Assembly (NCBI GenBank): GCA_036172245.1
Contig: JAYWIR010000011.1
Span: forward strand, 868,001-932,000
Direction of reading: 5' to 3'
Source of the DNA: Raillietiella orientalis
Taxonomy: Eukaryota
Length of the DNA stretch: 64,000 bases
Part shown: positions 1-13,199 of the stretch, piece by piece
How the letters are laid out: each line of letters opens with the position of its first letter
Position numbering within the stretch: position 1 is the first letter of the stretch
Notes under the pieces: model-generated
What the model was told of the DNA's origin: nothing
Database searches by the model: none
The model's input: only the letters and a program-made list of their open reading frames with translations
Position numbers and translations under genes: made by a program

Positions 1-274
1 CAGGGATCGCCCCCTTTGGAGGCGTCCCAACGATGGGGATGAGAGTTCTTCCCGTGCAATGCTTCGACTGCATCTCCCGGCAAAGCTGCTCCTGAACTTT
101 GGTGATGAATCCACATCGACGGTCCTGTAGCCCTTCCAGAGTTTCTAGTGACCGCTGTCGTCACAACCAACGTTGAGGGATCCCTAGAGACGTGCGCAGC
201 CCCCGCCCAAGAATTCGCGCCCGGAAGTACAACTGCGCCAGGATGGGAAAAAACATCTACGTCCCCGTTTGGAT

Positions 275-682
275 GCCTACGCCCCTGCTATGTGGGGACA
301 TGTAGGCAGGCGAAGACAGGGAACTGTCGCCAGCCTCGCGGCAGGGTCGAGCAGCTTCCTCCATGTGGTCTTCACGACGAGGTTGCAGTCCTCGACGGAT
401 CTTCAGAACAGGCAGCGACCCATGCGGCTCTCCCACGATCTAACGCGGGAAGACTGGACATTTCCACACATCTTCCCTTCCCCATGAGAGCCGCACCCCT
501 CCTCGGAATCCCCCATTCTCCCAGTGCTTCTCAGCTCGTCCGATCCCAAGGTCCCAGCCAAACTGCGACGAAAGTCTTCACTGATGTGAAGGACAACGGC
601 GCTGGAGAAGGCAAGACTTTTTCCTTGTTTCTTCCAGCGCTATTGCGGAAGACTTCCAGCGCTGTAGGTGAAGATACCGAGG
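275..682 (-). mobile_element. Decayed RLE-endonuclease C-terminus plus 3' UTR of a NeSL/Utopia-like non-LTR retrotransposon (paralog of 55219-55610)
   Basis: The minus strand reads 'VKTFVAVWLGPWDRTS*EALGEWGIPRRGAALMGK', resembling the RLE-LINE C-terminal pattern VGxLGxWDxxNxxxLxxLGIxxxYxxLMxK. It has clear inverted nucleotide homology to 55219-55610 (shared ORF-track peptide SQLVRSQGPSQTAxKVFTD...FLPALLRKTSSAVGE). Confidence 0.65.
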
Positions 683-1179
683 CCTCCAGGTGCACTTACC
701 TTTTCTGAGCTCCGCAGCTGTAGATTCTGTTCCAGCTTCCCCCGAGTGGGCTGACTAGAGGCTGCAGAATCCTGATGTTTTGAGGTGGCCTTCTTGACTT
801 GGTTCACCAGCTGGTCACTGACCTCACGGTGCGACAGTAAAAGGCACGGTGGCTGAAGGCGCGTGGCACACCTCCTGCGCTTGCGGTAGACACGCGTTCA
901 GACCTGCGTCTCGTGTGGTCTGGTGTTTGCAGCGGAGCTGAAAACGGGATGCTGACCCTTACGGAGAGCTATCCTCTCCTGACCCGGGTGCTTCGCGACG
1001 AGGGCTGTCTTTGCTGCCTTGTCCTGCTGAACCGTGAGAAAACTGCGGATGATATCATCTCTGCTCTTGTCTTCTCGCTGGCCCTCCTGGACCGGGTTAC
1101 GATGTAGACCTCAGGGACCGATCCTCATCCCTGTCGGTGGCTCTAACGGTGCTTCCGAAGCACGCCGCGTGCGCGAGAG

Positions 1180-1560
1180 CTTCCGGACGTTAGTGCTCAC
1201 CGTCTCTTCCCCGAAGTACTTCTCCCGACGCCGGGACAATTCCAGCCCTATTCCTGGCGTCCTTCCTTGGGTTACATAGACTCGCCCATGGCGAACACCC
1301 CTCTGGCGCCAGTCGCAGAGGAGAAATAAAGGAGAGGCGTTTGGTGCGGCTCGCGCGCTCGCTACAGCCATCCAGAGATGTGCGTGGGTGCCCGGAGGGT
1401 GCAGGCGTCGTGGTCGAGCATGGCGATCGAGCACTAGCCCTGAGGCGCCTCGGGCATTGCATTCTCGGAGAAGACCCCTGTTGTCGGCTGGTCGGGGTCC
1501 AGCGACTCCCAATGCTCGCAGGAGTCACCCTCTTGATGCGGGCTGCGAGACGACCATGCG
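1180..1560 (-). mobile_element. Decayed reverse transcriptase fragment (RT domains 1-3), paralog of 15130-15530
   Basis: The minus strand reads 'IGSRWTPTSRQQ...PRRLRASA...DGCSER', resembling NWRPIS...ARRLxxW...DGCxEH. It has direct nucleotide homology to 15130-15530 (e.g. gtcggggtccagcgactccc, ggcgcc(t)cgggcattgca). Confidence 0.6.
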
Positions 1561-2979
1561 CCACGGACTTCGGGCTGCTGATGCGGCGATGGCAGACGTG
1601 CTTCTCCACGCATCTTCCGAGACTCACGCCGTTTCCGGGTGGTCATGCGCTACTCGCACGGGAAGTGTACTATGCCGCGCAGTTGTGGGCGGATCGATGA
1701 GCGACAAACCCTAACCGCTGTCTAGGGAATGACGAAAGTCCGCCGATGCACGATGCTGACCGAAACGGAACGCCAGTGACCTTCTCCTGGTCCCATCGGA
1801 TTGGTCTCCGATTTATCCCCGTTGCACACGAAGGCGAAGGTTGCCGTGGCAACACACGGGTTTCGTATTAGGTTTCTGTGGAGATGCGGTCGGAGATCTG
1901 CGAATCCGAGGACGCCAGACGGAACTCAGTGGCTATCCACCGAAGGGTCGGCGCAGCTGTAGTGACGCCAGGATGACGTCACGACCAATGCCTCTCAGTC
2001 GAGTGACTGCCGTGTCCTTCGTTTTCTACGATCTGTTCCACTGCCTGCAATAGGATCCTCTTCCCCCTCCCCCCCTCCATCACCAGAGCAAGCCCTGAGG
2101 AGACGGGCTTCTCGATCGCCAGTCTGCAAGATTACCCTGAAGCCCGGAATTCAGTCCAGTATGGAGAGGCCTTCGCTTGCATGATGGGTAGGACCTTCCT
2201 TGAGCTCGGCCCCTGCTCCCGCTGAATCCGGAAATGGCTCTGCCACTCCCGAAGATCGGCAGTCGCAGGGCGTGCCCTCTCCGCCGTTCTAGCCCCTTCC
2301 CGGAAGAGTTCCCGGGCAATCTCGGTAGACTCCCATCGAAAAGACGTCCCGGAGACTTCGACCGCGCCGCAACTCCGCGGGGCGGGCGAATTCCAGCGGA
2401 ATGATCTCTTGCCCCTCCCTCTCCGCGGCTCAGTGATGGCCTCAGGAGGAGGGGGGAAGAAGTCGAGATTGCAACCTTCTCCGGAGACGGCGGCACAGCA
2501 AGGCGCGACTCGCTGGTTCGATTCCCATCGAAATTCTGGAGGAAAGGAGGGGAAAGGCGACAAAGAGCGCTGGAAGGTACTGAGAGTCCCCCTCTTTGCT
2601 TCCCCGAGGCTTCCGAGACTCCGCTGCCGGGCGACGGGAAGGAGCCGGATGGACTGGACGGCTGCTCTTTTTGCCTTTCAGAACTCGAGCACTATCTTGT
2701 TTCTTCTGACGCTTTCCTGCACGGAGAGTCCTCTGGATGGGGGTCAGGGTAACGGGTGGGCCGCCGCTGCAGTTTGCAGAGGCGGTCCCCTGAAACCACT
2801 CTTCGGGAGGACGAGACTCTCCAGAGTGACCTCTCGGCGCCGATGCACCATCATCTCGTGAGGCAGAAGTGTGAGTGTATGAGGGAGAGGAAGGGGGAAA
2901 AGAAAGGAGTCGTATCCTCCGAAGGGAAGTCCCACTTTTTGATCCTTTATCTCCGCCGTTTATCCTCCTCCCAAGTCAA

Positions 2980-3300
2980 AGTCCCACCGCGCCATCTGCA
3001 ACTGGAGCCGCCTCAGCCCCCCCGCTTTCCCCAGCAAGATGGATGCATCACCTCCCCTTGGACCCTGGAGCACATGGCCAGCAGGGAAGGAGGAAAGTGC
3101 CGGCGGCGACCGTGGCAGAAGCGGCCGCGCGGAGGAGTGCCCGGGAAGGGTCAGCAGAGGCGTCTGTCCACGCGTTCCCCGCTGCTCGGCAACGCACTTG
3201 GCCCTCAGGCACGAACGGGAGGAAGGAGGAATGCGCCTTGCCAGACGACCGCATTCGGGAACGGAACTCTGCGACATCCAGCAACGTGTCGCCAGAGCCT
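2980..3300 (+). mobile_element. Decayed RT fragment (domains 2-3)
   Basis: 'PQQDGCITSPWTLEHMASREGGKCRRRPW' resembles GFxPxDGCxEH...RRxLxxAW. Very degenerate. Confidence 0.35.
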
Positions 3301-3979
3301 CAGGAGGCGGGGGAATTCCAACAAATCCACTCTAGCAACGAGGCCATTGTCCTCGCGCTTCCACCTTCCCCCCTCCCTCTCCTCCTTTTCCTCCCCTTCC
3401 TCCCGGTCCCTCAGTTACTATGGGGACGAAACGGTTCTTATCTGCTTTCGTTGCGGAGCTCCCTGATGCAGAGCGGATCCGCACCGTTGACATGACAGGC
3501 GGAGGACCATGAAAATTGATTTTTCTTCCTCTTTTTCCCCTCCTCTCCTTCCTCTTCCCCCCTTCGCGGATGCCCCTAACGCAGAGCCGCCGCTGCTTGT
3601 AGCCGCGCTCCAGGCTGCTTCCTTCCGCCGCCGCCACCGCTAGCGGCGCTGTGCTCCGTCCCGGGACGATGCCACCGCAAACTCCGCGAGCCCAGCAGCA
3701 GCAGCGGCGCTCGCGCTCCCCGACGGGATCGACGCGTCCATTGGGCGTGGCGACAAGTCGTCATCTCGTGTCAAGGGAGAGGTCTCTAGTGAGGGGGGGA
3801 GGGGCCGACCTGAAGAGGAGCGACTGTCAAGCTGCGGGATAACAAAGCTTCTCGAGCAGACCGCTGCGTGGAGCGTTCTCCAGGTCACCTTGCAGGAGTC
3901 GGATCCTCCTCCCCGGGTGGAAACGTTTGGTACGGATATCGAATGATCCGTACCAAACGTTTCTCGCTTCCATGGGGTG

Positions 3980-4600
3980 AGATGCTGCGCGGACTGCGTT
4001 CACCAATGGAGTGTCCATTCAAGTCGAGCCGAGTCGCTGCGGATGGTCAGCCAATTGAGGCGCTCCCGGCTCGAGCGCGGGTGCTCCATTGGTGAACTCC
4101 ACTTCGTACCCCCGAAGCTTTACCTCGGCAGTCGGTGGTTTTGCTGTGGCTGCGGTGAGTGCCACGCGCCCTCAAGACCCGTCGGTTCCAGAGGGAAGCC
4201 TCCTCTCACGCGACGTGCCCATCTCCCGAGACGCCTCAGCGAGCACCCTTCCCGGACGGTCTTCAGAGAGGGATTTCTGGGTCCAGAGCAATCCTTCACT
4301 CGTCTCCGTCTTCCAGGAGGCGTCGCTTTCGAGCTACCGATCGGATCCTCAAGCAGACCCCTCCTGTCTCATTCCCGTCGGTGCACCCATCCTCGTCCTC
4401 GCACCCATCCCCGGGGAGCGAGCGTGAGCATCAAGACAAGCAAGGGCATGGTCGTCCTGGTGGGTGCGTCGTGGGGGGTAAAGTCCGCCTGGAGATCCCC
4501 ACGGGCACATTTCGTTGTGCGTCTTAGGCGCTGCCGAAGCGTGGTCGGGCTGTCTTCAGAAGGAGGAGTTGGCTCTCAGTCCATTCTTCCCGGGTAGGTT
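3980..4600 (+). mobile_element. Decayed RT thumb/linker fragment
   Basis: 'KLYLGSRWFCCG' (~YLYxxxxxGGxG) and 'TRPQDPSVPEG' (~LxSxDPxV) occur in the expected order across frames. Confidence 0.35.
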
Positions 4601-5399
4601 CAGCTTGCCGGAACGGGCTGCAATTTGGAAAACCTCCGTGTCATCCCCCGACCCCTGTTTTTTGTCTGTCCGTCACCCTACCAGGCGAAACTGCGGGCTC
4701 AATGCCTGCTGAGAAAAGCCCTCTGGGGACCTGCGAGCTCAAGATGCTCCTCAAAGACTTGACCTCCAAAGACCTCAAAGCCACAGCTTGGCACTCTGTG
4801 CCAAGCTATGGACTTACCCGTTGTGTGAGCCTGCACGCCTCATCCTTCAGAGATGCACCCGCAGCGAAGGAACGCACTCGTTGCTGCCGATTCTCTGCAT
4901 TACAGGATGCGGGGATTCGGCAACTCGTCTCATTAGTGGAAGCCCAAACATGGATCCCCTACAGCTCAATAACCTTTAATTCTTTGGTGCTGTGGACGCA
5001 TATGTGCTCCCGACGAAAATTATCGGCGTGGACTGTGGACGCACAGATGCATTTGGCAAACGTTTTCACCTTTGAACACTATCAGTGTTTGAGATGGACA
5101 CATACACTTGCGTTCTTGTAATCCCCTTGGCAACGATAGCAAACGAAACTCGAGTTATATCGGCTGACGATTTCTCGGTTTTTCTCGGGGTGCCGCACAA
5201 AATTTATTCTATTGTTTTTTTTTATCTTTGCGATATCTTGAAAATGTGAATGAATTATCGATCGATTCACATTGTAATTATGATTTTTAAATGAATAATA
5301 CGCGTTTGGGAAGAATGAAAGTATTTTATTTAATGTAGCGTAAATAAACAATTGTAATAGCAACTTGAATCGGCATTTCGTAAAGTCAGTTGGTACCTC

Positions 5400-5900
5400 T
5401 GCGGAGCACGCAGCGCGCGAAAAAAGCACTCTGTCGAACTGCGGCTCGCGTGACGTCAACACGGAACGGTTTCAATCCGATGAGCTCCGCACCCAAAGGA
5501 TTAATGCCTGGCGGCAGGAGGCTGTTGAGCCCTAGGCTGCATTCCAGGGAATGCGCCCTGAACATCTTTTCCCCTGAGACAATTCCTGTCACAATCTTCA
5601 AAAGTGGTGATTGCAGGACACGGAAAAGAGGTCGATCCTGGCCGCCACACCCCCGGCCGAAGTACTGTCTGCCCTCAGGGCAAGCGGCAACAATAGCCTA
5701 CCGGTGAGGTGGGAGTTTCCCTGCACCACCGCGGGAAGGGCAAAACTCCTTGGAGGCTGGAAGACACGCGGGATGCAGGATGCTGCTACTCCGCGTATCG
5801 TGGCGACGGGACTCCTTCAGTGGAGTCAGCTTCTGGGCGCTGCCTCCGAACTTGTCCCTGCTCAATGTCTGGACGCTTCTGCATTCCCCCTCTCCTGGAT
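5400..5900 (+). mobile_element. Decayed RT fragment (domains 2-6) with disrupted YADD
   Basis: 'MSSAPKGLMPG' resembles LSxAQKGFMP. 'ATIAYR*' (gcctaccggtga, about 5696-5707) resembles a frameshifted LAYADD. 'WSQLLG' follows at the domain-6 position. Confidence 0.55.
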
Positions 5901-6123
5901 GCAGGCTGTGCTGCTCTCTCTGCACTGAGGATTCCAGTGCAGTGAGCGCCGGCATTCTCGTTTCTTCAGGGGTTACATCCTCGAACTGTTCCAGGTTGCT
6001 TTCGAACTGCGGTGCCCTCCAGGAATTGTGGCGGAGGCTACACCAGCGCTGTACCAGGAGGATACCTCCCGCGACCTGCTGCGGCGCTTATGCGCGCCGG
6101 GAGGACTTAAGACGGGCGCAGTG

Positions 6124-7000
6124 ATTTCACACCCGGGTGTGCCGGGGCGTTTACTCTCTTATAGGAATTGATGGAGCCGATGGCCCACCAATTCCAATTA
6201 TTACACTAGAGAGAAGAGGGAGGGAGGAGAGGTCCATCACGTCCACGAAGGGAAAAGGGGATGAAAAAAAGTAGAAAGTCAAAACAAAATATAACAAGCA
6301 ACAAAAAAAAAAGCCAAAATTAGTTGGAGGGAAGGGAAGGGATCACATTTCGCGGTGGGCGAGGCTTCTGCATCCGTTGAAGGATGCCTGCGAGCTCCTC
6401 CTTCTCCCTTTCCAGGTGGGGCCATCCCAAAGCTACCTGCAGGAAGCGGATGGCGTGTGGGACATTCCCCCCGTCACTCCGGCCTCTCTCGGCGTTGCAC
6501 TTCTCAGCGACGACACTGCACACGCAGCAAAGAGCTGCGATCGCGGCTGCGGGCGTCATGGCGTCCCGCACGAAGAGGGGCCTCAAAGGCCCTCTGGGAT
6601 CGTCCGCGGGTTGAGGAAGGGACACGGAGAAGCGTTCCCACAAGTCCTAGAGGGCGATGCGGTGCACTATGAGGTGGGGAAAAGTCTTCTTCTCCCCACA
6701 CCTGGCACAGTTCGGTGATGCGCTTCCCCTCGTCCTGTGGTGCCGGCGCGCATTGCGCGGGAGACCCCAGTGCAGCACCAGCAGCGCCTATTTCTTCCAC
6801 TCGAGGGGAAGCAGCTTACAGTCCATAAACAAAGGGGATGCTTCCAACTATTCGGGCCGAATGGAGAAGAGTTCACCCCAACGTTCCAGTCCTTTGGAGG
6901 CGGTTCTTGCTGTTGCCATGTCAGCCAGCTCACGCAGTGTCCAGCCACCGGTAGGCTTCCTGCAGGCCGAGATCTCGGAGGAAACCTCCCACCTAGCCGG
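6124..7000 (+). repeat. Composite repeat, most diverged copy: terminal hairpin module + A-rich tract + RT7/thumb/linker remnant
   Basis: It starts with cacacccgggtgtgccggggcgtttact, has an A-rich tract at about 6255-6320, then gggaagggatc...ctgcatcc...caggtggggccatc as in 32595-32700. 'DASNYSGRMEK' resembles the linker motif DxxxYLSGxxxG. Confidence 0.55.
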
Positions 7001-7299
7001 TAGGCAGGTGCCGTGATGGCAACATGCTGCATGCGCGCCATACTCACAGCCCGCCGACAAGTCAGCAGCTCCTGAATCTGTTCGATAAGAATGGGGTTCT
7101 GGACGAAATCGTGTGACTGATACACCAGTTGAGCTCTTTGCAAGCCCTTGGTCACCAATGTTACCCCCTCACCCAACAGAGCTTTCCTTTGCCTCTCGCG
7201 ACAAGGTCATCACCATACACCGGGTTACAACCGCCCCCTCACCGATGGTTGGGAACAGAGAAAATAAGAGAGAGCGAAATAAGAGGAGGGCTTCTCCTT

Positions 7300-7900
7300 T
7301 GGAAGCGTCTCTGTCTCGGAAGCTTCCGACAGCGAGCGCCCTGGCTGTCTCGATAGCTGGCCCTCGCTGAGGTCATTGACCGGTTGTTCATGCCAAGAGG
7401 GTGCCGCTTTCGGAAGAGGGATACAACTGACCTCCTGAGGAGGCGAAGCTCCGAGGAAAGGGAGACAGAGCATTTGTTGAGGCAGAGTACTTGTTAAAGG
7501 AAGCCTCCTTCTCGAGCAGACGGACTTTGGTGAGTGGTTTCCAAGAGTGGTGGCCAGAGCTCAGCGTGTTTCCTGAAGGACAGATGGGGGTAGCCTGTAA
7601 AGGCGCTAGGAGTTCCACTCTGGACGCCTTGGTGACTCCGTGAGGAAGGAGGAGGCGTTTTGGTAGGAGCAACCACGAAGTTTCCGTAAGTACAACCTCA
7701 CCATTGTGAAAGCCACTCTTGAACGGTCTCTTGAGGAGGGCATTGTTGATGAAGGGGTTGCCAACATCGATGACCATCGAGCGCTAGGGGGAAAACGCTA
7801 CGAGGAAACCATTTCACTATCTGGAAGAGACGGGGAGGCAGCATCTGAGATTTCCGAGTGGTCCAAGGGTCGCGAATGAACTCTATCATCTACGTTTTGC
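7300..7900 (+). mobile_element. Very decayed RT fragment (domains ~4-7)
   Basis: 'PFHYLEETG' at about 7810 resembles (Y/F)xYLGxPxG. Weaker domain 4-6 shadows lie upstream. Confidence 0.3.
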
Positions 7901-9062
7901 TGCTCTTGTTTAGGAGGAGTATAAAAAACAATGGTGGAAGGTCAGGGGAACTTCTATTATCTCCCCAATCAGTTTGCCCTCTCCATCTCGTTCACCTGAC
8001 CGGATGCTGAAAGTCGCTTCATTACAGGCGGAGCTTCCCGCACGTGTCGTGAGAGTGCTCTGCCGTCCTGGATGTTTGGAAACGCTACCTCTTTCCTCCT
8101 CATAACGGCTGCTGCGTCCCTTGATAGATCCCCTGACCCCAAGGACTCATCGAGGGCCGACGAAGTGGCGTCGCTGAAGCGGATGTTCCTTCTTCAAAAG
8201 AGAAGTGGACAGTCAATCTCTCTGGTCGCTCTCTTCGAGCCATCTCGGGTCTCCCGTGGTTGTTGTCCAGCTCCCGCAGGGGCAGGCAGCACGCAGAGCG
8301 GGAGTCCTCTTCCCCCCCGCCCCCCTCCTCCTTGGAATGCCGGATCCAGTACAGATGATGGATGCAGGAAAAACATGGAGAAAGGGGTTCCCTGAGGAGT
8401 CACGTATAGCGCGATTTGCGATAACGAAGCCAACGGCATTCAGCGGCTCGTGAAGGCACGGGGGCGCCTGCGCCTCCTGCTGCAGTCGGCGCAAACTGCA
8501 AAGGTGACGAAGGTAGAAGACACGTGTTCCTCGAGTGGTGCAGATGCTTGTGGTGCTTGGAGTCCATCACTCGGCCGCGCTGCACAGAGCTTGCAAGACT
8601 CTAAGGGTAGGGAAGGAGCTCCGGGTGCCCGAAGGGAATGCAAGCAGCGGTGGAAGATTCCCGCTTCGAGAAGAATTCGGACAGAGTCGATCCCGACCTG
8701 ACGATGAAGGAGTTCCACAGGGTGGACCACGATCGTGCTGACAAATGCACTCGGAAGAGCGCCCTGTTGGTATCCAAGGAAGCAGAAATCCTCGCAGGAG
8801 CACGGATGGAAGAAACTTTCCCCGAGGCGAGAGTACTCAGGAGCATCCCATGAGGTTATCGGATAATCCACGTTGCGAAGGGCAAGACAGTGAGCTGCTC
8901 AGGGTGACCAGATGCAGGATGCAGTGGATGGACCAGCGATGTGCTTTGAAAGGGGAAGATAGGACATGCTGTTTGAAAAGATGGAACCGAGTGTTTCTCG
9001 AGTGTCAACGGTGCTCGTGAAGCGCACTCGAACAGCGGGGATCGGAATTACCGCTGCTGGCT

Positions 9063-9280
9063 GCGTTGGGGTTTCCGTGCGGCAGCTACGGTCTCCGCTC
9101 TTGGCACCAAGAGTCACGTGGGCTTCGAGTCCCTCCCGCAAGATGACGGTGGGCTGGCCATTCGGGTGCGGTAGGGGGTGGAAGTCGGAAACCCTCGGAT
9201 GCTCGTGATAAGTAGCCGGGATTGGGAGTCGACCCTACGGGGTTCCTCCAGGAGTCAAGGAGCGCAGGTTCCCTTCGGGG
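9063..9280 (+). repeat. tRNA-like-headed repeat module, copy T1 (single B-box)
   Basis: gcgttgg...ggtctccg...tggcaccaag...ggcttcgagtccctcccgcaagatgacg...gggattggga...ccaggagtcaaggagc aligns by eye with copies T2-T5. Confidence 0.7.
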
Positions 9281-9329
9281 TCGCTCTCCCCCCTCCTCGG
9301 TTGCGGGTTCCCTCCGGAGGACAATTCCC

Positions 9330-9900
9330 GCTATCCGAATACGCATCTCAGAATGCCCGCGACTAGAAGCAAGCGTGGCTTCCGAACGATGAGGTTACCA
9401 GGACAAGGCCGATCTTGAAGGTCACGCTTCACGGGTGTCGGTCGGTGTGCGACGGAGAAGTTGGTGACGTCGCCCCGTTGCCCGAGTGACCAGTTCGCAA
9501 GCTCGACCCGTGTTCGCTCCAAACCTGGGGTGGCCGCAACCCACCCGTGTGCCGAACGGAATCCTGGAATACGAGACGAGAGCGTTCTCGTAGGGAATTT
9601 CGTGGGCGCGGACTCACGGGCCGATTCGCCGAACAGATCCCGGATCCGCCTGGAAGACTTGGTGACGCTGCTTCAGGATGCCGGCTCGGGCATCCTGACC
9701 ATCCAGAGAACACTTTGGGTTGCAGGTGCAGCCCCGTCTACTGGCACTCTGCGCCAGATGGTGGAGTTCGCCTTGGTGCGCGGTCTCCCGGCACGCCTCG
9801 CCCTCCGGCTCTGCGGTGGCATCGGGCGGAGGACTCCCCTCGCTGTTGCCGCCCAGCCGACCAAGAATGGGAGGATTCGGCTTCCCTCCCCCCTCCTCCC
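9330..9900 (-). mobile_element. Decayed CCHC zinc-knuckle / RLE region of a non-LTR retrotransposon
   Basis: The minus strand reads 'RTKANST.WRRVPVDGAAPATQSVL', resembling CRxCGxxxETxxHVL, followed by 'GGLRPPQVW' resembling LRPDxV. Confidence 0.35.
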
Positions 9901-10042
9901 CCCTAGGAAATCTCCCTTGCTCCCGGGAGCCTCATCCTTGGATCTCCTGCCGCCCCAGGAGCTTGGATGCCCGTAGGCGGAAGGCGTTGAGTCCCGAGGC
10001 TGCTACTCTCGAAGTGCTCCCAAGAGAACCCCGTCCCCTGCA
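9641..10042 (+). repeat. 402-bp direct repeat, copy 1
   Basis: It matches 12576-12977 from cggatccgcc to ccctgca, with about 4 substitutions counted by eye. Confidence 0.95.
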
Positions 10043-12575
10043 GCAGCCATCCTGATTTTGCGACCACTCCACGAGTTGATCTTTCAAGGTGCTCGGGCAC
10101 CGGCGGAAGAGGGCCTTTGGGGGGCCGATATCGTACGCAGCTGCTGTCAGGAGAAGACAAAGTTCGCAACAAATATAGCAAAAATCACCAGGCCCTCTTT
10201 TTTCTATTAAAAAAAGGAGAGAGAGAGAAAAAAAACGGCGTTTGTCTTGGCTGAATGGTTTTACACGGCAAATATGCCAAATGGATGTGCTTCCATCACG
10301 CAAGAGGGGAAGCGCTCTCGCATTGATTGGGATGGAATGCAGCTTGGCAGCACATCTGTTCGTGTCACCGAAGTGCACAGCCAAATTTGTTAGCAACTGC
10401 TCGGGGACGCAATCATTTGCATTTAAGCAGCGCGATTTTTTTTTTTTTTTTCTTCTTCCTTATAGGAACCTCCGACGCCCTTTGATGCTGTAATAAAAAC
10501 CACCCGACAGAAGTTTTGATGGCTTAATCGGCTGCGCTTTCAGCCGTGCAATTAACGTGTTTATTCCTCCGTTTCGGAGTCGATAATTCCGAGTTTCGTC
10601 ACACGCGCGCGTAACGTGCATCGCGCAAGGAGCACATGCCAATTAGGCACGATAAATAAAATGCCCGGTGTTTGCCGAAATACTTCCGACACTTCCAGGG
10701 GTGTGTTGCTACACGTAGGTTCTTGCAGGCAAGGGAGCGTGGCTAAAATGTAGCGATCCGGGTAAACAAGGCGGATCTTTGGAGGGAGGCAGGGGAGGAA
10801 GGGGAAAGAGAGGAGTCTCCAGAGGAAGTTGACGCAACGGAGTTAAAAATAGCAATCAAACAAATCAAAAACGGAACGGGATCCACTTTCAGGGAGAGGA
10901 CGCCAAATCTCGCGTTCGCTTCCGGGTTTCATGGCTCCTCCCGACCCGCGCGGTGTGCCCGGGCCTTTCGCGCCGCCGGTAAAGGATCGCGCGTGCGAAC
11001 TTTTGTGCACTTTGTGCCCCGAAAGCAGTCGAGCGGAATCACGGGAAACCGTTTCCGAGCAGCAAGTGAGTGTAAGGGGCGGGGAGATGGGGTTTGCGGG
11101 GGACCAGCAGCCGTGGGAGGGAACCGTGGCTCCCCGCGTGAGCCGGGACCGAAATAGCCCGTGCCGGAGACGAAGAGGCTGTTTCTCTTTTCGCGTGGGA
11201 GGCTCGGGATCGAAGAGAGTCTGTTCCGGTGGTGCTTTGCGGCAAACCCGAAATAGAAAACGGTCCATTTTGCTCGGGAGACTGTTCTCGTGAGCTTGTT
11301 GTGGTTTGCAAGCAGTGACGGATAAGCGAGTCCGTTGTTTTCCCAGCATCTTCCACAGAATGTGTTGAAGGAAAGCGCTTCGTATAATTAAGTCGCTGTC
11401 GGTTCTCACGCGGGAAGATACATTACGGTGCACTCGCCAGCGGGAGCCAGCAGAAAACCAGCAAATCGTTGGACATCCCATGAATAATCCAGCACGTGAA
11501 TTACCCAGAAACCGGGCTTAAGGAGAGCCCACCAAGGGAACTCCCAACTGCTGGAATACATATACAACTGGAAAGTACACAAAACGTGTGCTGCATCGGC
11601 TGCTGAGGCGAAGATCGAACAGCACTTCTCGCGGCAGTTGATTAGTAGCAACGTCATGAGTTAAGTGAACGCGTCACGCGGGGTTTCTGGAAATGGAAGG
11701 CCGCCGCACACCCCTTATTCGATTAGGTTGGCACGTAGCTGCTTGAAGCGCCACAGTAGAGTCTCACTCCAAATCATTATGGATGAAGCACCTCCTGCAT
11801 TCTCATGATCCCGTCAGCTGCCGACACGCACGCTCCCATAAAGACCCCGCCCTCATTTCTAGGACGAGCTGAGGGCATCCCCGCAGGTTACCCACGTGCG
11901 AGGTACGCGGGGGGGAGCTCCTCGGGTTTGCCCGCATGCTGGCTAAGCCCGCAGTCTTCTGCTGTTGTTGTTGGTGGCGGTGGTGGGGCGCTGAGGAGGC
12001 TAAGGAAGCGGTGACCATAGATCACCCGCGCAGAGAGGGAGAAGCGTCGTGTGCTTCGCTCCGTGGAAGAGCGGATCCCCGCGTCTATCCCAGGGAGTTT
12101 CCGGGAGCGAGGCGGTCCTTAACGCCTCACTCCCGGAAAAGCGCGAAGAGGCGCCCACCGAACCGCAACGTTGACAAACAGGGGAGCCTCGTCGCGTTTT
12201 TCGCCCCGCCGGCCGCTTCCAAGTCCCCTCGGCGGACACCGAAACCGCGCATATCCAACGAGCTGGCAATAAATACACATGGACGTACAAAGTATATACA
12301 AGATGACGAGTGCAGGTTGCATCTCTCAGAGAGTGAAAAGAAACTCTGTTTTCCCCGAAGCCTGCTGCACGGACAGCAGGTACAGAGGTCTGGCCACGCA
12401 TCATCCTTCCATTCTGTTTTCCGAAGGCAAGTTCTCTATGCCGGAAATGGCGATCATCTGGAAAACTTTTGTCGCCTCCCTCCTGCGCCCCTTGTTTTTT
12501 GTTTGTCCTCTCCCTTATTCCGCAAAGATCTGGGAGCAGCGTTTTAGAAAAGACCTGTGAGACTCTGCGAGGTCT

Positions 12576-12977
12576 CGGATCCGCCTGGAAGACTTGGTGA
12601 CGCAGCTCCAGGATGCCGGCTCGGGCATCCTGACCATCCAGAAAACACTTTGGGTTGCAGGTGCAGCCCCGTCTACTGGCACTCTGCGCCAGGTGGTGGA
12701 GTTCGCCTTGGTGCGCGGTCTCCCGGCACGCCTCGCCCTCCGGCTCTGCGGTGGCATCGGGCGGAGGACTCCCCTCGCTGTTGCCGCCCAGCCGACCAAG
12801 AATGGGAGGATTCGGCTTCCCTCCCCCCTCCTCCCCCCTAGGAAATCTCCCTTGCTCCCGGGAGCCTCATCCTTGGATCTCCTGCCGCCCCAGGAGCTTG
12901 GATGCCCGTAGGCGGAAGGCGTTGAGTCCCGAGGCTGCTACTCTCGAAGTGCTCCCAAGAGAACCCCGTCCCCTGCA
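12576..12977 (+). repeat. 402-bp direct repeat, copy 2
   Basis: It matches 9641-10042 and gives near-identical peptides in the ORF track. Confidence 0.95.
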
Positions 12978-13199
12978 ACTCTGAAAGATCAGACGAATTG
13001 TCTCCGGGGGCGAGGCCGCCCCCCACTGCTGCCCTCACCAAGGCGGCTACCATGCAAGCGGAGTCCCTTCGCTGCGATCGAAATTCCGGCACGCGGCGGG
13101 GCTGCGACGATGCAGTGATGCTGCATCTCGTCGAGATCGCAGCGGTCCTGCCGCAAGTCCTCCATACATCCTCCGAGCAGCGTTCTCCGTTTTGCGGAC

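Noticed and set aside
11406..11657. Hydrophobic 83-aa ORF as a host exon
   Set aside because: No recognisable domain or supported splice structure.
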